Shown piece after piece: positions 30,776 through 32,000 of a stretch of DNA of 32,000 bases. The notes below the pieces were generated by a model that had not been told where the DNA came from, searched no databases, and saw only the letters and a list, made by a program, of their open reading frames with translations. A program made the position numbers and the translations under genes. Origin of the DNA: Candidatus Nitrosopumilus koreensis AR1 (GTDB lineage: Archaea > Thermoproteota > Nitrososphaeria > Nitrososphaerales > Nitrosopumilaceae); contig NC_018655.1 in assembly GCF_000299365.1 (NCBI RefSeq), positions 1,200,001 to 1,232,000 on the forward strand, in the 5' to 3' direction. Each line of letters starts with the position of its first letter. Positions within the stretch are counted from its first letter, which is position 1.

Positions 30776-31926
30776 ACAAAGTTCTGATTCTAGTAAACAT
30801 CACTGGACTAATCATTGGGATTTCGTATGGACTACACGGACCAATCCTTCCAGTGTTTGCAAAAAACATCATAGGTGCATCATACTCTGAATTAGGGTTT
30901 ATCGGATTAGCTAATTTCATCCCCTACATGTTTATTCCATTATTTGTAGGGATTCTTCTTGATAGGTTTAACAACGGATACCTTTTAGCATTAGGTGCTG
31001 CGATAAATTCTGCATCAATTTACCTACTATCAATTGCACAATCAGTTCCAGAAATCATGGGATTTAGGATAATGACAGGTGTGGCTCATGCATTTTTTTG
31101 GCCTCCATGTGAATCAATCATATCAAATGAGAGTTCTGAGAAAAACAGAGTAAGAAACATTTCATGGTTTACAATGTTTTTTGTCATTGGGTTCATGGTA
31201 GGACCACTGCTTGGAACCGTATTTTTAGAGGGACTAGACATAACATACAGAATTCTATTTCAGATTACTGCATTTATTCTGGCTACTGCATTGATTTCTG
31301 CAATTCTTGTCTCAAGAAAAAGTGTTAGAAATCATCACGAGCATTTTTCATTTTCATCAATCAAAGAGATGAAGAGGTTTCCAGAAGCCATAGTCTTGTT
31401 GCTTTTTTGCACATCATCATTTGGCATAGTTCTGACAATCTATCCAGCATTTCTAAATGATAATGGAATGACAGATACTGACATTTTGTTACTATTTTTT
31501 ATTTTTGGAATTTCGCGGGTAGTGTCACTAGCATTAGCAGGAAAGCTTGCAAGAAAAACTAGTCATACCTTGATTGCTGCAGTATCTGCAATATCAATAG
31601 GACTTGCAATTTCGGCTGTTGCAGATTCCATCGTGGGATTTGCAGTGGCATTAGTACTGATGGGATTCGGGTTTAGTATATTTTTCCCACTTACTTTGGA
31701 GATAGTTTTGAGTAGGACCAAAAAAGGAATATCAGGAAAAATTATTGGTGCATATGAAACAGTTTTTGGGATGGGTTGGGTAATAGGACCAACAATCGGA
31801 GGTCCAATAACACAATCTCTCGGAGCCAACACACCATACTTGATATTTTGTGTTATAGGGGTTGGAGTAGCACTGCTTGCAACAATATCAAGAAAGAAAT
31901 TAGAACCTCAAAGGACCGTGTATTAG
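30772..31926 (+). CDS. Major facilitator superfamily transporter
   Basis: 384 aa with many transmembrane segments. ATGA overlap with the methyltransferase gene. Confidence 0.87.
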   Translation: MNKVLILVNITGLIIGISYGLHGPILPVFAKNIIGASYSELGFIGLANFIPYMFIPLFVGILLDRFNNGYLLALGAAINSASIYLLSIAQSVPEIMGFRIMTGVAHAFFWPPCESIISNESSEKNRVRNISWFTMFFVIGFMVGPLLGTVFLEGLDITYRILFQITAFILATALISAILVSRKSVRNHHEHFSFSSIKEMKRFPEAIVLLLFCTSSFGIVLTIYPAFLNDNGMTDTDILLLFFIFGISRVVSLALAGKLARKTSHTLIAAVSAISIGLAISAVADSIVGFAVALVLMGFGFSIFFPLTLEIVLSRTKKGISGKIIGAYETVFGMGWVIGPTIGGPITQSLGANTPYLIFCVIGVGVALLATISRKKLEPQRTVY

Positions 31927-32000
31927 ATATCCATTGTTCCACGTTTCTTAGTACAGATATCTAGTGCATCAACTACTTCTGTAACAAAGACTTTACCGTC
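31923..32000 (-). CDS. C-terminal fragment of a PII-family (GlnK/GlnB-like) signalling protein, truncated by the window edge
   Basis: Not in the ORF track. The reverse-strand translation DGKVFVTEVVDALDICTKKRGTMDI* resembles the PII C-terminus (GDGKIFV...V.....I.TGERG). Stop codon TTA on + at 31923-31925. Confidence 0.6.
   Translation of the reverse strand, partial: DGKVFVTEVVDALDICTKKRGTMDI

Overview
The window looks like compact, AT-rich genomic DNA from an ammonia-oxidising archaeon (Nitrosopumilus-like Nitrososphaerota/Thaumarchaeota). That assignment is inferred from gene content, not from a database search. Left to right it holds: a methylenetetrahydrofolate reductase-like partial CDS; a two-gene split cobalamin-dependent methionine synthase; an MFS transporter; a NitT/TauT-type ABC transporter; a LysW-carrier arginine/lysine biosynthesis cluster (argG-lysW1-argX-argC/lysY-argB/lysZ-argD/lysJ-Lrp/LysM-like-lysS-lysW2-lysX-lysK); diphthine synthase; archaeal FAD synthetase; an HTH-fused CTP-dependent riboflavin kinase (RbkR-like); archaeal DnaG; an IscA-like protein, a CBS protein, an RHH protein and an HTH protein; a cupredoxin; a crotonase and an ADP-forming acyl-CoA synthetase (3HP/4HB cycle candidates); a class I glutamine amidotransferase; a Toprim protein; glutamate dehydrogenase; an HTH regulator; proteasome alpha; a methyltransferase; an MFS transporter; and the C-terminus of a PII-like protein. 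Two LysW genes (55 aa each) are absent from the ORF track. One ends in EDWGE and the other in EDWGQ, which lacks the conjugating glutamate. Three genes are broken by single-nucleotide homopolymer shifts: the Lrp-like gene (at an A_AAA_AAT stop-proximal heptamer), dph5 (two compensating shifts) and the amidotransferase. Sequence error is the default explanation for these. I found no CRISPR array, mobile element, rRNA or tRNA, and no convincing wholly new defence or biosynthetic system. The most notable item is the dual LysW/dual ligase arrangement with a C-terminal-Gln LysW.
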